Shown: positions 45,701 to 59,515 of the stretch, piece after piece
Position numbering within the stretch: the stretch's first letter is position 1
Layout of the letters: each line of letters opens with the position of its first letter
Assembly (NCBI GenBank): GCA_963575745.1
Contig: CAUYUJ010000037.1
Location: 186,001 to 250,000, forward strand
Direction: 5' to 3'
DNA from: Prorocentrum cordatum
Taxonomy: Eukaryota
DNA length: 64,000 bases
The notes under the pieces: generated by a model
What the model saw: the letters and a program-made list of their open reading frames with translations, nothing else
What the model was told of the DNA's origin: nothing
The model's database searches: none
Made by a program: the position numbers and the translations under genes

Positions 45701-47689
45701 GGAGGGGTCCGGAGCTGCCTTGCCGACAGGGAGACTTTCCCCCTGCCCTCTTTCTCCAAAGGGAGGACCGCCCGTGTCGGTGGTCACGACCCCCAGGACC
45801 ATCCCCAGTACCCCCCCCGCACCCCCTGGGTCCCCCCTGGGACGGCCCCCCCCTGGCGGGGAAGGGGTGATGGGCGTCTTTTCGACGTAAGTACGACATT
45901 GTTGGATCCCCACTGTTAGTTCGATCTGACGATGACGACGATTCAAAGGAGGCTGGCGTACTTCAGTTTGGGTTGGACTGGCCTCCCGTCGAAGGGCCTT
46001 TCACACACGCCAGTCGGCGGATTAACTGATAAGTTTCTGGATCGCATGTTCGGCTGTAGGGGGGTCACTAGCTCATCCTGGAAATCGACGTTCCAGGATC
46101 GAGGCTCGAGGAGGTTTTGGACGTTTGTGGTGTTCTTGGCGGGCTCTGGAGTGCTCTCGGGCGCCCACTTGCTCGAGGAAACGTTGGCTTTCTAGAGGAA
46201 GTTGCGACCCCTCCAGTGGCGACCCTCTTGGCATTGCCCCATGCCTGCCTGGCAGGGCTCGCCGTGCACAGCGCTGGTGCCGCACGACGACGGCGCGGTC
46301 GCCGCCGCGGCAGGGCGCGCCAGCGAGTCTGGCGCCTTGGAGGCAGCCGCGAGGGCGGAGTCTCAAGGGAAGCTCGAGCGGGCAGGGGACAGAGCTCGGA
46401 GGATGGCGAATAGAGACAATGGCATTGGTAGTGGGCCCTCGGGGCCCCCCATCGTCGCCACGGCTGGACGCAGCTCGGGGAACTGGTGCGTTTGGACCCC
46501 GGGAGGGGCCCAGAGACAGATTTCGAGTTGCCGTTGTCTCAACTCGCCTGGCTCCGAAGAGGGGCGCCCTGGAGGGAAGAGAGCGGGCAAGCAGCCCAGA
46601 CCCTCGAGGTTCGAGATTCGAGGTTCGAGAACTGAGGTTGTTGGGCCTCTTGGCGGCCCCATGGGGCGCCCTCGTTGCAACGATCGGGTTCCCTTCGAAA
46701 TTCTGGCCAGATCACACCCCTGGAGGTCTAGGTCCAGGACCTCCAGACTCACCCCCCTCGCGTCACGAACACAACTCACCACAGAAAGTGTTCTGGGCCA
46801 ATGTTCGGCGTCGGGGTGGCCTCATCGAGCCCTGGGCCAGCAGGAAGACTGGTCAGGATGGAGAGCCTGTTGAGGCCTGTCGCTTCGCTTCCGCCTTGCA
46901 CAACTCCTACGGCACGCCCGCGAGGGACTTCAGGCTCTGAGGGGTTCTCGCCCCCCTCTCTCTCCCCGCTTCCTCCGCTTGTCCCGCCCGTGGCCCGACC
47001 GGCGCCTGCACCCCGCCTCGCCGCTCCTGCGCCCGCCGACTCGAAGGTCGCTCCGCTTCGCGGGGCGGGGAGCCGGGAGGAGCTCGGAGCGCTGGTGCTC
47101 GGCGTGTCGTGCCGAGTGGCGGTGGGCCAGAGCCAGCGGCGCGGCACGCGGAGCCGGCGTGGCGGACAGTCCGCGGGGCGTGACGGGCCACCGCGAGCAG
47201 GCAGGGCGGGCACGGCGTCATCGGCCCCAGACCCACGACATGTTTTTTTTTGTTGGTTGCTTTGTTTTTTCCCATTCTTTTGTTCCTCACAGCGTGGATC
47301 CCCCAGAAGTCTCGGCCCACTCCTCCCCGGGTCGGGTTTTTTCGTCCCGAGCCGTTGGTTCACCATCCCGAGGACCGGCGAGGGCCCCCAGAGGCCGAGC
47401 ACTGAGGAGCATCTCCGGCTTCATTGCCTCAATGCGTTGGAGTCTTGGCTCGGTCGCCAACAGTGAGGATGGCTTCTTCCGAGCTCGATCCCTCGGGGTC
47501 GCCGAGCAGCACCCCACGATGCGCGAGGCCCTCTTCGGACGATGGGACACCACGGTGAAGGTTTGTCACCATCGCCACTGGCGGGGAGCATGGCACAAGG
47601 GGAGGTCGAGAGGGGAGAGAGCGACGGAGGAAGCGGGAAGAAGCGAGAGTCGAAGAACACATATTTACATAAACATAAGTTTCCTGGGC

Positions 47690-47815
47690 TCCGCGCGGAA
47701 TTCTTGGATCGGCGCTGGCCCCCCCCCGGCGGCGCCTACGGCGCCGTCTGGGGCGCTGCGTGCACTAGGGAGGGGGGGGGTCCAGCGCCGATCCGAGGAA
47801 TCCGCGCGGACCTCC
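47690..47815. repeat. T-shaped palindrome, copy 1
   Basis: 29-bp arms with 3 mismatches enclose two small hairpins. Confidence 0.8.
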
Positions 47816-50450
47816 GAACTTTCATGGTTATGGAGCTCCGTACATTTTTATTCAGCGGGCGCGGCGCCGAGACGGAGGGGGAGGGAGGACGTGGGAGAGA
47901 GGGAAAGGGCACAATGCTGGGAACTGCACATGTTGGTCGCGGCGATGTGGGCCACACCGAGCTCTGGCTGGAGCGGGCCACGGACCAGCAGATTTCGAGT
48001 TCTGCTGCTCGGAGAAGCAAGATAACGGTTGCGGCATGTGCATGCGGCGCTGGCGACCTCAGGGTCCACGAAGGAGTCGTGCAGAGGGGCTGCACCTGAG
48101 CTGATCATGCTGGGCAAGCACTAACTCTTCCGACCCCGCAGATCCGACGTCGCGAAACATTCAATGCCGTAAGAAAAATTCGAATACTCGACCGGAGCCT
48201 GGCACCCCATCGTTTTGCAGCATTTCTCGAGCCGGGTCGTTCCGTGAGGGCCCCAGGGCCCGAAATTAGGCAAGATCGCCCGCTGAGACAAACTGCGACG
48301 CCAGGATCTCAGGGACTCCCAGTCTGGTCGCCGTTTTCGCCATGGCGGGCGGTGCCCTCGCCACATGCGCCCCGCCGGGGTGCTGCACGTGCGATCGCTG
48401 CTATACCGCGGCCTCGGTCGTGGGCCCAGTGAGTATCTTTCACAGGCAACTTTCGGGTAAACAGGCTCAGGGGGCACGCATCGACCCCCAATCGCCCATT
48501 CAATCCGATAGGGACCCGATAACCCCAACCTCCCCAAGACCGTCCGGCTTCGCTCTCGGGAGCTTACCGCCGATCAATATGCGATGTACCGCCGACTTCA
48601 GGTCGATGCTTCCCTCCTTGAGCTAATCCCCCCCTCAACGCTGCCCCTGCTTCGCATGGACAGCGGGGCGGAGAAGTCCGAAAGAGGGATAGAGGACGGG
48701 AGCGAGGGAGGGAGGGGGGTTGAGGGAAATCGAGGGGGGGGAAGGGGCCATGGAATCACCCACCCACCAAGCAGCACAACAGCCAGGGCGCTCATGCGGG
48801 AGCATTCTCTTGGCATGCGGGAGATCGGTGGAAGCACCAGGAGGGCACCTGCACGGGAGGTGTCTGGCACCCTGGAGGGAAGCGCGCGAATATGTACCTT
48901 TCTTGCAGACAGTTGCCAGTTGCGTTCGTTTGCGGCGCGCAGGAGGGTTCCGAGGGAGGGGGTAGCCTCCTAAGAGGGCGTGGGACTTCCTAGAATTGAT
49001 CGGCCCCCTGTGAGAGGCTTATGGGAAGGCACCTGAAGAGGCAGCAGGGCTACTAGGGCTCCTTACAAGGCCCCCCCCCTTCGTCGCGAGGCACTCGCCC
49101 TGCCCCCCATTTTTCCACCGCCTGGTTGGCCCATCTTCTGCTGAAGCTATGTTTGCACCTCTGCTTGTACCCTTTCGAGCTCCCTCCCAGTGAAGCCGTG
49201 CGTTTCTTTGCTACGTCCGCCAGCTCACGCGGACTCGGCGCCAGCGCCCGCGTTGTGCGAACCTTGCTGTCATCTAAGCGAAGGAAGGAGGGCGGCACCA
49301 GCGAGACAGGGAAAGGAAGGAAGCCCCCCCCCTGCTTCTGGGAATGTTATCTTTCCGCCTCGCCGATTTCTGGTGAGGCAAGTCCTGGTCCCAGGACTGG
49401 TGTATACGGACGCCCTCCTGGCTTTGCCAGGAAGGCATGCACACACCGATCTTGGGCTCAGGACCCAGACCCCGAGGCGTACTTTTTGCTCGCGACGTGG
49501 ACTTCCAGAGGTCTCACCCCGAGCTGTTCTCTTACGGCTTTGTGGCCCAGTAAAGCCCCCGTAGGCAGGACCGTGCCCAAGCCTTTACCGTGTTACTCTT
49601 CTGCTGCGCGAAGGGATCTGTGCCTGCGGGTCAAAAATGTAGGCACTCGGGCCTGTCCAGGGGTGCGTTCTGGCCAGCATGCCATGAGGAATTCCGCCGA
49701 CGCACTGAGAGCGCTCCAGGAGGAAAAACCTCCAGAAGCCTCGATCCATCCGCAAACCTCGAGGTGGATAGCTAACGTCCCCCGACGGCTGCGGCTCCAC
49801 CGGCTCCGCGTGTCCCTCCCCTCGGCTACACGGAGCGCGCGGGGGGGGGGGGGTAGGGGCGGGGCTAGGATGAGGACAAATCTGGTCGAGAGCGTTCCAG
49901 AGTGATCTCAGAGAGTGCTGGAATACTCTAAGAAGGCCGCTGCGCCCGAGACAGAGATTCCCGACGTATCCTTGCTCGATGTTACCTTCGTCCTGGCTTC
50001 GCTTGAGAGGGGCGAGCCCGGGCACGCCCGCCTGAATTGTCGCATCGCGTGCAACGATCGGCAAGCCGCGCACCAGAGGTCACATCCGCGGACGACTTGT
50101 GTGTGCAGTGCACCGCACGGCCCCCGCGCCGTCCCCTCTCCCTGCGGCCGCCACTTCCTCGCCTCCCCCCTCTCTTGCATGCTGGCTAAGTCGCGACTCC
50201 GCGCGCCGGTTTCGCTCAGCCGCGCGTGCGCACAGCCTCTGCCGCGATGCGACGGGAAAAGTGCACCGCACGGCGTTACCCTCTTCCGAGGCGTAGACGA
50301 TCCTCGACCAAGGAACGGTACGGTGCATCGCTGTTCGCCCCCCAGAACCGAACAACTGAGCACCGCACCGCGTTGGAGCGGGGCCTGAACGGAGCCCAAA
50401 CATGGTACGGTGCATATCGGGGGGCACAGATTGCGGAAACGAGAACTTTC

Positions 50451-50579
50451 GGAGGGCCACGCGGATTTCTCGGATCGGCGCTGCCCGCCCCTCCCTGGTG
50501 CGCGCCGCGCGCCAGGGGCGGCGCCGGAGGCGCCGCCAGGGGGCTCCAGCGCCGATACGAGAAATCCGCGCGGACCTCC
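50451..50579. repeat. T-shaped palindrome, copy 2 (inverted relative to copy 1)
   Basis: 33-bp arms with 3 mismatches enclose CCTGGTGCGC-GCC-GCGCGCCAGG and GGCGGCGCC-GGA-GGCGCCGCC. Confidence 0.85.
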
Positions 50580-51579
50580 CGGAGCTCACGTTCATGCCAG
50601 TGCGCGCTCCCCCGAGCACGGGCGCCGTGCTCGCACCACTCCCGCCGTGGTCGGCCCCCCTCTTGGTGCAGCCGCCTGCCCCGCTCCGCCGCGGCGAGGC
50701 CCTCCTGCAGCACGCCCCCGCCCTAGCGGCCCTAGCGGCACCATCCGGCCGTGCCGCTCGGCCCCGGGCGCGCGCCCGCCCACACTGTCCCCCCTCTGGG
50801 TGACGAAGTCCGCACCTTCATCTCGCCGACCAACGATCCGGGCAACTCGATAGGCGGCCGGGTCCAGCCAAGACGCTGCAACATGTGGGTCCGCAAGGGG
50901 CTCGATGTTCCCCGGGTTCTTCCATGGCTGTTGCTCAAGCGCTCCTCGTCCACGCAGGCGCTTTTTTCGGGGCCAAAATGCGTCTTCGTTCCTCACTGAG
51001 CGTTCCTTATTTCAGCAGCCCGGCTGTAGGGTTCGGAATGCGGCGAACACGAGGGGAGATCCGAACCCTACCCCTGCCTCCCATCGATGCGGGAGAATCG
51101 ATGGTGGGTTGGGGGGTTATGGCTCGGGTGTCGCCGCCTGCTGTCATCCTCGCCCTCGTCTCCTCGTGTCCCCGCTCCTCGCTCTTCTCGGAGGAGGGCG
51201 GCGTTGGGACCACGGCGGCCCTCCCGCCTGGCCCGGCGCCGCTTGGAGAAGCGGTCCCCGGACCCCCCTGGGGTCCACCCCAGCAGTTTTGCGAGGAGGA
51301 TCCGGGCGTGGCGACGAGCAGCTCCCAGGCAGCTCAGGCCAGGGAGCGCCGCCGTGGTCTCGTCTGGCCCTCCTGCCATGTTCCTCCTCGGGACTCCCCC
51401 GCTTCCTCCGCCATGTTTCTCCTCGTCCTCCTGGCGCCCTCGTGGGGGGCCCTCGCAAGCCCCGGCCGTCGCCGAGGGGAGAGGGGCACGATACGGGGCG
51501 GCACCACGGCAAACAAAAAGGGGGAGGAAAGAGGGCATCCCAGGACCGGAGGGAGAAAGCGGAGCGGAGCTGGCGCAAC

Positions 51580-51616
51580 GAGAAGGAAGAGGAGGAGAAG
51601 GAGGAGGAGGACTATA

Positions 51617-51680
<64 letters not shown>

Positions 51681-51779
51681 GGATGAGGATGAGGATGAGG
51701 ATGAGGATGAGGATGAGGATGAGGATGAGGATGAGGATGAGGATGAGGATGATGATGATGATGCTGTTGCTGCTGCTGC

Positions 51780-51810
<31 letters not shown>

Positions 51811-52279
51811 GCTGCTGCTGATGATGATGATGAAGACGATGATGCTGATGCTGATGATGATGCTGATGCTGATGCTGATGCTGATGCTGGTGCTAATACA
51901 GATGCTGATGCTGATGCGCTGCTGCTGCTGATGATGGTGATGATGATTATAATAATGATGTTGATGATGATGATGATGATGATGGTGATGATGAAGATGG
52001 TACTGATGATGCTGCTGATGATGATAATGATGATGACGATGCTGCTGATGCTGATGATGATGATGATGATACTGATGATCATGCAGATGATGCTGATGAC
52101 GATGATGATGCTGATGATGCTGATGCTGATGATGATGCTGAGTATGCTGCTGCTCATAATGTTGTCAATGATGATGCTGATGATGATGACGATGATGCTG
52201 ATGCTGATGCTGATGCTGGTGCTAATACAGATGCTGATGCTGATGCTGCTGCTGATGATGATAATTATGAGAATGATGC

Positions 52280-52314
<35 letters not shown>

Positions 52315-52556
52315 TTGACGATGGTACTGATGATGATGTTGCCGATGATGATAATGATGACGATGACTCTGATGCTGATGGCCATCATGATGATGATACT
52401 GATGATGATACTGATGATGATGCAGATTATGCTGATGACGATGATGATGATGCTGATGATGCTGATGCTGATGATTATTATGTTGATGCTGATGATGTTG
52501 TTAATGATGATGCTGATGATGATGATGATGACGATGATGATGATTATGATGATGAC

Positions 52557-52604
<48 letters not shown>

Positions 52605-52980
52605 AATGATGATGATGATGATGAGGATGAGGATGAGGATGAGGATGAGGATGAGGATGGTGGTGGTGGTGGTGGTGATGATGATGATGATGATGATGAT
52701 GATGAGGAGGAGGAGGAGGAGGAGGAGGAGGAGGAGAGGAGGAGGAGGAGGAGGATGAGGAGGAGCAGGAAAAGGAGGAGGAGGAGGAGGAGGAGGAGGA
52801 GGAGGAGGAGCAGGAGGAGGCGGAGGAGAAGGCGGAGGAGGATGTACAGCTCCGTTGCTTAAGTTTTTCCCTGCGGCAAAGCGGAGGAGGAGGAGGCGGA
52901 GGAGGAGGAGGAGGAGGAGGAGGTGGAGGAGGAGAAGGGGGAGGAGAAGTTGGAGGAGGAGGAGGAGGAGGACGAGGAGA
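51580..52980. repeat. (GAT)n / (GATGAG)n / (GGA)n compound microsatellite
   Basis: Directly visible. Confidence 0.95.
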
Positions 52981-54785
52981 AAACCGTTGCCCGACTCGGG
53001 GGCGTGGACCCCCCCGCCCGGCCCTCGACACACGGGCGGGGGGTCCCGCAGCGGGCGACTGCCAGGCGAGGCGCCCGCCTGCGCCATGCCCGAGCAAGGA
53101 AGAGGCCGCGGCGCGCGCGACACAGACTTCGCCAAGGACCACGACATGTGCTGCGAGAGGCACCGCACGATTTGCGAGACTACGGGCCCGGATGGGTCTG
53201 GGCTTCCGAATGCGGCTCACCAAAACGCCGAGGCATATCAGAGGCTCGCCTGCGCCGCGCGCACAGGCAACAGCATGGCCAGGGACACGGGCCACGATCC
53301 TGGCTGACAATCTTGCCCATCACAGCGAGAACGATACGGGTACACCAAGGTCGTTGACGTGTGCACCAGCACCAGCACCCAGACGGACACCCTAAAGCTC
53401 AACCCGGAGGCTGTCGTGTTAGCCCCAGCTCGCCCGCCTGGCTGCTGGCATCCAGAAAGCAAGACTGGAGGCTACCCCCACGAGACCAGCTTCACCCTCG
53501 AGGGCGGCGACACCGACGACGGCGTCTATGTACACCTGCTGGCTGCCACAGGCGCTGCCCCAGACCAGGAGGAAGGCGCCTGCCACCCCACGTCCGAACC
53601 CCCGCGCCCACTCACGTCGTCTCGGCTGCCGCCGGGGAGGGGGACGACCGAAGTGGCTTGTGGCGCAGGCTCGAGGAGTAAAGGTCTCAGTGCTGGGAGT
53701 TCGTCGCCTCTTTCTCGGTCGTTGCACTCGCGCGCTCCCAGACTGCTCCCTGTTGCTGAGGCCCCCCTGTGTAGGCCACGGATGGCAGGCGGCACGCCAG
53801 GCGGCCCGCTCACAGCGGCATCCGGCATCGGCGGGTCGGCTGGGCAGGGCACGCCACGCGATCGCCCAGTTTGGCCGCCTCCGCCAGCTCCGACACACCC
53901 ACAAGGGCTGCCACACCGCGCAGAACGCCGTCGACCTCTTCCCCAGCTTCTGCCGCGCCGCCCACCTCGACGTCATCAACGGCACCGCCGAGCCCGCCCT
54001 CGGGCACCAGACCCGGGACCTGGGTCCCAAGTCAGAAGGCCACTGTCGCAGAGGATCAGGATCAGGCCGTGAAGGAAGATGGGGAGGAGAAGGGTTTTGA
54101 GGAGGCGGCCGTGAAGGATGCCGATGTTGTGGTGGAGGAGGTCGACGTCGCAGTGGGGGTGGAGGTTAGGCTGGCGGTGACGGAGAAGGCGGTCCCGGGG
54201 TCGATGAGAGCCCACACGTGTGACAGGCTTCCTCCGAGGCGCCCGGCGGCGCGTGCGATTCGCCAACGCGCCACAGATTGGTGGCGAGGCACACGTCAAG
54301 AGTGCGGGGCACATGTCAGTGCTTTGGTTCACTGGAGATACAGGAATGGCCGGTGGTGGGCCGCGCTTATTTGCGGTGCTCGCTGGCTGGGCGCGCAAGT
54401 GTCGTGAGGGGGACGTCCCCGCTATCGCCGCAACCATTGCCGCCCCCCTGCCCCTTCTGGCTTTCGTCAGCTTCGCAGATTGAAGCTTTCGCCATTTCCG
54501 CGACTGTGTCTGTTTGTGTTGTGGATTCTGCGGTGCTTTGCGGCGTGTGACGGTTTTTTTTCGGCGCTTCGATTATTGTAGTGGCCTCTGGCCAGTGCCG
54601 CCGATCCGGGGTGCTACCGTTTCTGCTTGCAACGGATGACTTTTTTATGCGTAAAAGTAGAACACTCGCTCGAGACATCCTCATAAGATAGAGATGTTCA
54701 ACTCGCTTGGGCAGCCTTCGGATATTCGAAAGTGACGATCTCGCGTGAACAGGTAAACTCATGGGATGTCCCCATCCCACCTTCC

Positions 54786-55605
54786 GGGCCTGAATGGCGT
54801 CAGCCATGGCGTCAGCCCCCGCTCCCCCCCGACTCCCCCGTCCCGGGCGTGAATGGCGTCAGCCATGGCGTCAGCCCTCCCCCCCTCTCCTCTCCCGAGC
54901 CTGAATGGCGTCAGCTATGGCGTAAGCCCCCCCCCCCTCCCCCCGACAGAGTGAAGCTTGAGCAAGCTCCCCCGAATGGCGTCAGCCATGGCGTCAGCCT
55001 TCCCCCCCTCTCCCCGACTCCTCCCTCGCGGGCCTGTATGGCGTCAGCCATGGCGTCACCCCCCCCCTTCCTCCCACCCCCCTCCAGATCCCCCTCCAGG
55101 GCTTGAATGGCGTCAGCCATGGCGTCAGCTCCCCCCCCTTCCCCCCACTTCCTCCTACCCGGCCTGAATGGCGTCAGCCATGGCGTTCCCACCCACCCCT
55201 CCCCCTCCTCCCCATGGCGTTCCACCCCACCCCCCCTCTTCGCTCCCTGGCCTGAATGGCGTCAGCCTCCGCCCCCCCCCCCACCCTCCTCCCGGGCCTG
55301 AATGTGGGCAGCCCCCCCCCCCCCGCCTCCCTCCTGGGCCTGAATGGCGTACGCCCCCTCCCCCCCTCCTCCCTCGGGGCCTCCTGAATGGCGTTCCCCC
55401 CCCCACAGAGCGAAGCCCCACCCTCCTCCTCCCTCCCGGGCCTGAATGGCGTCAGCCCCCTCCCCCCCCGACAGAGCGAAGCCACCCCCCTCCCCACTCC
55501 TCCCTCCCGGGCCTGAATGGCGTCAGTCCCCTCCCCCCCTCCTCCCTCCCGGGCCTGAATGGCGTGAGCCCCCCCCCCCCCCCCCGACAGAGCGAAGCTT
55601 GAGCG
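54786..55605. repeat. Array of GGCCTGAATGGCGTCAGCC(ATGGCGTCAGCC) motifs with C-rich variable spacers
   Basis: More than 12 copies at ~50-70 bp spacing. Confidence 0.9.
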
Positions 55606-57868
55606 AGCTCAGGCCCACGCCCTCAGAAACCCACACGCCGGATCGGCGGAGCTTTGCGGCGTGTGACGGGTTTTTCGGCGCTTTGATTGTTGCCTATATG
55701 TCGTTTCGAGATCGGCTCGCTGCGCCAGTTGGCCGCGGCCTGGCATGTCCCCGCCACTCGGGCAGGCGCGCTCCCGGGCGTGGCCGCGACACTGCGTCGC
55801 CGCGCGCGAGGGCGGGCGGCTTGTGGACGAGCTGGTGGGAGGGGCTCCTGCCCGAGAGTTTGCAGGGCGCCCTGCGCGCGCCGTGGGGGGGGTCTCGCGG
55901 GCAGGCGCCTGGTCATTTCTCGTGGGGTGGCCCCTTTCGTTGCGTCCAGGGGTGGGGGGGTCCCGGGGGGACGTGCGGGCGGCGCGCCCCCGGGAAGACT
56001 TCCGTGGCAGGTGTTCCCTCGCGTGGGTTTCGGGGCGTTTCCCATTGTCAGTCATGTCTGGCAGCGGTCGCCATGTCTCCATGTTCCGCGCGCAGTCGAT
56101 CGCGGACAGGAGAGGCGCCGCCGCAGTGCTCATCCGCGGGGGGGTCGGAGTTCCCCCTTGTGTTGTCGGCCAGGTTTTGGCGGGTCTATCGATTCGGGTT
56201 TGGAGCGGTGTCCTCGAGATGCTTCGCTGGTCAGTGGCGTCGGCCAGAATGCAGATGTCTTTCTCACTCAGCCATCCCTTGGCCATATCAGAGGTGTCCA
56301 GCTTAGGTCCCACCCCGAGGGGTTACGGATACGTACGTTGCTTATCAAACTCGGTTCCGTGACGGGGTCCAGGCATCCGAGGGGCCACGCTGGGATAAAA
56401 ACGCGACGTCGGATGTCTGGGGTGGAGGCCTCCTCCAGCTTGCCAGCACCGAAAGTGCCGCCGCCGGCCGTGAGGACAGGTGAAATCAATAATGGGGCGT
56501 TTTGATTTGCGCCTGGTTCGGAGGTAGCTCAAAGACTGGAGAGTTGGCTGAGAGGAGTTAGCTCATCAAGCATCTTCACCTCGCCTTTGGCGGGGTCGGG
56601 ATGCCTTGAAGGCACCCCACGCGTCGCTGCTAGCGGGAAGCGCGGCGCAGGAGCCGCAGGAGTAGCTGCGGCAAGCGGGGCCAAGTCTCGCCGTGAAGCA
56701 AGCGGGCTTTGAGGGAAGCGGGTCCTGGAGATTTTTGTTCGCCGTGTTCGAGCTGTGGGGGCCCTGCACGGGCCCCTGGACGGACCGAAACGGACTCGGG
56801 ACGGCCCCTGGGTCCCGGACCCGTTGCCCTTGGGATCTGTGTCTTTCATGCCAAGAGCTATTTGGCGCCCAGGTTGAGCTTGGGATCCGAGGCTTCACCT
56901 AGCTGCCTCGGGGTCAGGTGCTGCAGTTCGCCGATCTGCTCCAGCAGCGGTCGCATGATGGGCATGGAGATCATTGACGCCTCTCTTCTGCCACGAGGCC
57001 TGTCCCGAGGGTCCTCTTGGCAATGTAGGCCTGCAGGTTGTATGCCATGGGGCACTCACAGACCGCTGGTTGCTGTGGTGGCCCTCTTCCTGGCAACTCG
57101 GCGATCGCGTAGTTTTTGTTGCAGAGGCCCGAGATACGGGCGCCTGCTGCTGGTTCGACGCCGCCGCGCAAGGGTTGCATTGGCGAGTGTCGAGGAACTC
57201 GAGGCGTGGCCGTTGTCGGGCCAGCCCCGTGGGCCATCTCGATCTTCGTGCACTTGGCGATCGCTGGGCCGATTTTTACGTCGGCGGAGCGGCGGCACCC
57301 GTGGGCGCGGTTCGCAGGCGAACCCACGCCTGTCCGCGAGGTGGCGCGAGAGGGCCGAGAGGGGGCCTGCCCCTCGCTGCAGTCTCTCGGCCGTGGCGCC
57401 TCCTCGGCCTCCTCGCCCTGCTCCTCGTGCCGATGCTCCGCCTCTCCTGCCTCGGGCTCGGAGATCCGACGTGCCGCTCTTTCAGCACACGGGGTCCCTG
57501 GACGTCTGGGGGCCCCCTCCTCAGGGCCCGCTTCTCATCCCGAGTCTTTCTGCAGACGGCCGCGGGGCCCAATGGCCCCCCCTTTTTTTGTGTGTGTGTG
57601 TGTGTGTCTTTTCTGTACCTTTACCACTTCAGCATCGGCCTTCACCCCTTTCGATTGGGATTGCGGACCTGCATCGCGATGTTGTTCACCTCGTTCGTGA
57701 TGCGAACGGTACGGTGCGCGAGCTAATTGGGTCAACACCTAAGCACGTGGATGCTGTTGCGAGGAGAGCTTCTGTTTGTTTGTTTGTTTTCAGCGCCTTG
57801 GAGGCCTGGGCCCACCGAGGCGCCCCCCGACCTGCCCCGCGCACCCTGCATACCGCGGCCAACAGGCC

Positions 57869-57984
57869 CAAAGTGTGCCGGTGCTCCCTGGGGATCCCGC
57901 CTCGCTCCTTCGGCGAAGGGCGACGGCATGCCGCGGCCTCCAGGCTCAAAGTGTGCCGGTGCTCCCTGGGGATCCCGCCTCGCT
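57869..57984. repeat. 38-bp direct repeat, period 78
   Basis: CAAAGTGTGCCGGTGCTCCCTGGGGATCCCGCCTCGCT at 57869 and 57947. Confidence 0.9.
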
Positions 57985-58152
57985 TTCTCGGGTGGGGATC
58001 ATCGCTGGCTGCCAGAAAGGTTCGTCGGACAAGGGTGGTTTCGCCAGACCTGAGGCTCCCCCATCTCGACCTGAGGCCCCCCAGCTCGACCTGAGGCGCC
58101 CTTGCAGCCGTCGAAATCACCCTCCTCAAACCAGACGTTCTCGCCGTTCCTT

Positions 58153-58554
58153 AATGACGACGATGATGACGATAATGATGACGATAATGACGACGATCAT
58201 GACGATAATGATGACGATACTGTCGACAATGATGACGACAATGACAATCATGACGACAATGATGACGATAACGACGACAATGAGATCACTCAAAGCAAGC
58301 CTTGCTTTTCCTTTCAGCGCGTTGGAGACCGAGGCGCCCCCCGACGTCGCTGCCCGCGTCGCGGTCTTCGGCCTCGGGGTCGGCGCCCTGCCGCTGCTGT
58401 CGCAGCTCCGGGGAGCTCCGCTGGCGCACCCGCGCGGCGCGCCCGACGAGGAGCGGCGCGCCCTGGTTTCGCTGTTGCCACCGCCGTCGCTGCCTGCTCG
58501 AGGTTCCTATGGATGATGATGCTGAGCTTGTTTTCATGATGATGATGCTGTTGC

Positions 58555-58592
<38 letters not shown>

Positions 58593-58989
58593 CTGCTGAT
58601 AGTGGTGGTGGGAATGATGATGATGCTGATGATGATGATGCTGATGGTGGTGATGATGCTGATTGTGATGATGATGATGATGATGATGCTGTTGAGTATG
58701 ATGGTGGTGATGATGATGCTTATGATGCTGCTGATGATGCTGATGCTGATGCTGATGCTGACGTTGATGATGGTGACGATATTGATGATGATGATGTTGA
58801 TGATGATGATGATGATGATTATGGTGGTGGTGGTGGTGGTGGTAGTGGTGGTTTCGAGGATGGTGGTGGTGGTGGTGGTGGTGGTGATCAGGGTGGTGGT
58901 GGAGGTGATGATGATGACGAGGATGGTGATGCTGATGATCACAATGACGACGACGATGCTGATGCTGATGCTGATGCTGATGCTGATGC

Positions 58990-59046
<57 letters not shown>

Positions 59047-59047
59047 C
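58153..59047. repeat. (GAT/GAC)n microsatellites (58153-58282, 58511-59047)
   Basis: Directly visible. Confidence 0.92.
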
Positions 59048-59515
59048 GTTTTGTTCATGGGCGCCTTTGTGTGTGTTTTTATGGCAGGCTGCCAAAATCT
59101 GATGACAGAGATGAAGATTTGAGCATCTCCCACGTCTAGGCGAGAATATTCGGGTCCCTCATAGCCCGTTCGAAACTCCTGTCAAAACAGAATTCAGAGG
59201 CGGCGTGTGGTCTTCAATACCGAAGCGTCCAGCAAGAGAGCAGGGCTTGGAGCCGCACCACAGGGCGAGAGTGCCCGCCAGGCTGGCTCTGCCGACCGAC
59301 TCGCGAGTTACGGTCAGCTGGGAAACGCTACTATCGCTTCGCACAGACATGCTCACGCAGCCCCCCACTCGACACCAGAGAGTTCCAGCGAGCCCCTCCC
59401 CGCTCCACACCCGTGCTCGGCAAAAGCTCTCCCATCGTGCGTGGCCGCACGGCACCCTCGACATGAGGGCGCGGAGGAGGAAGCACAGGCAGGCGCGGCA
59501 CGCCCATCCCGTTCT

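Noticed and set aside
50885..53310. ORFs of 270-617 aa with poly-M/D/I/H (likewise 42938-43959, 45043-45899, 58286-59102, 62221-63918)
   Set aside because: Stop-free frames of trinucleotide microsatellites.
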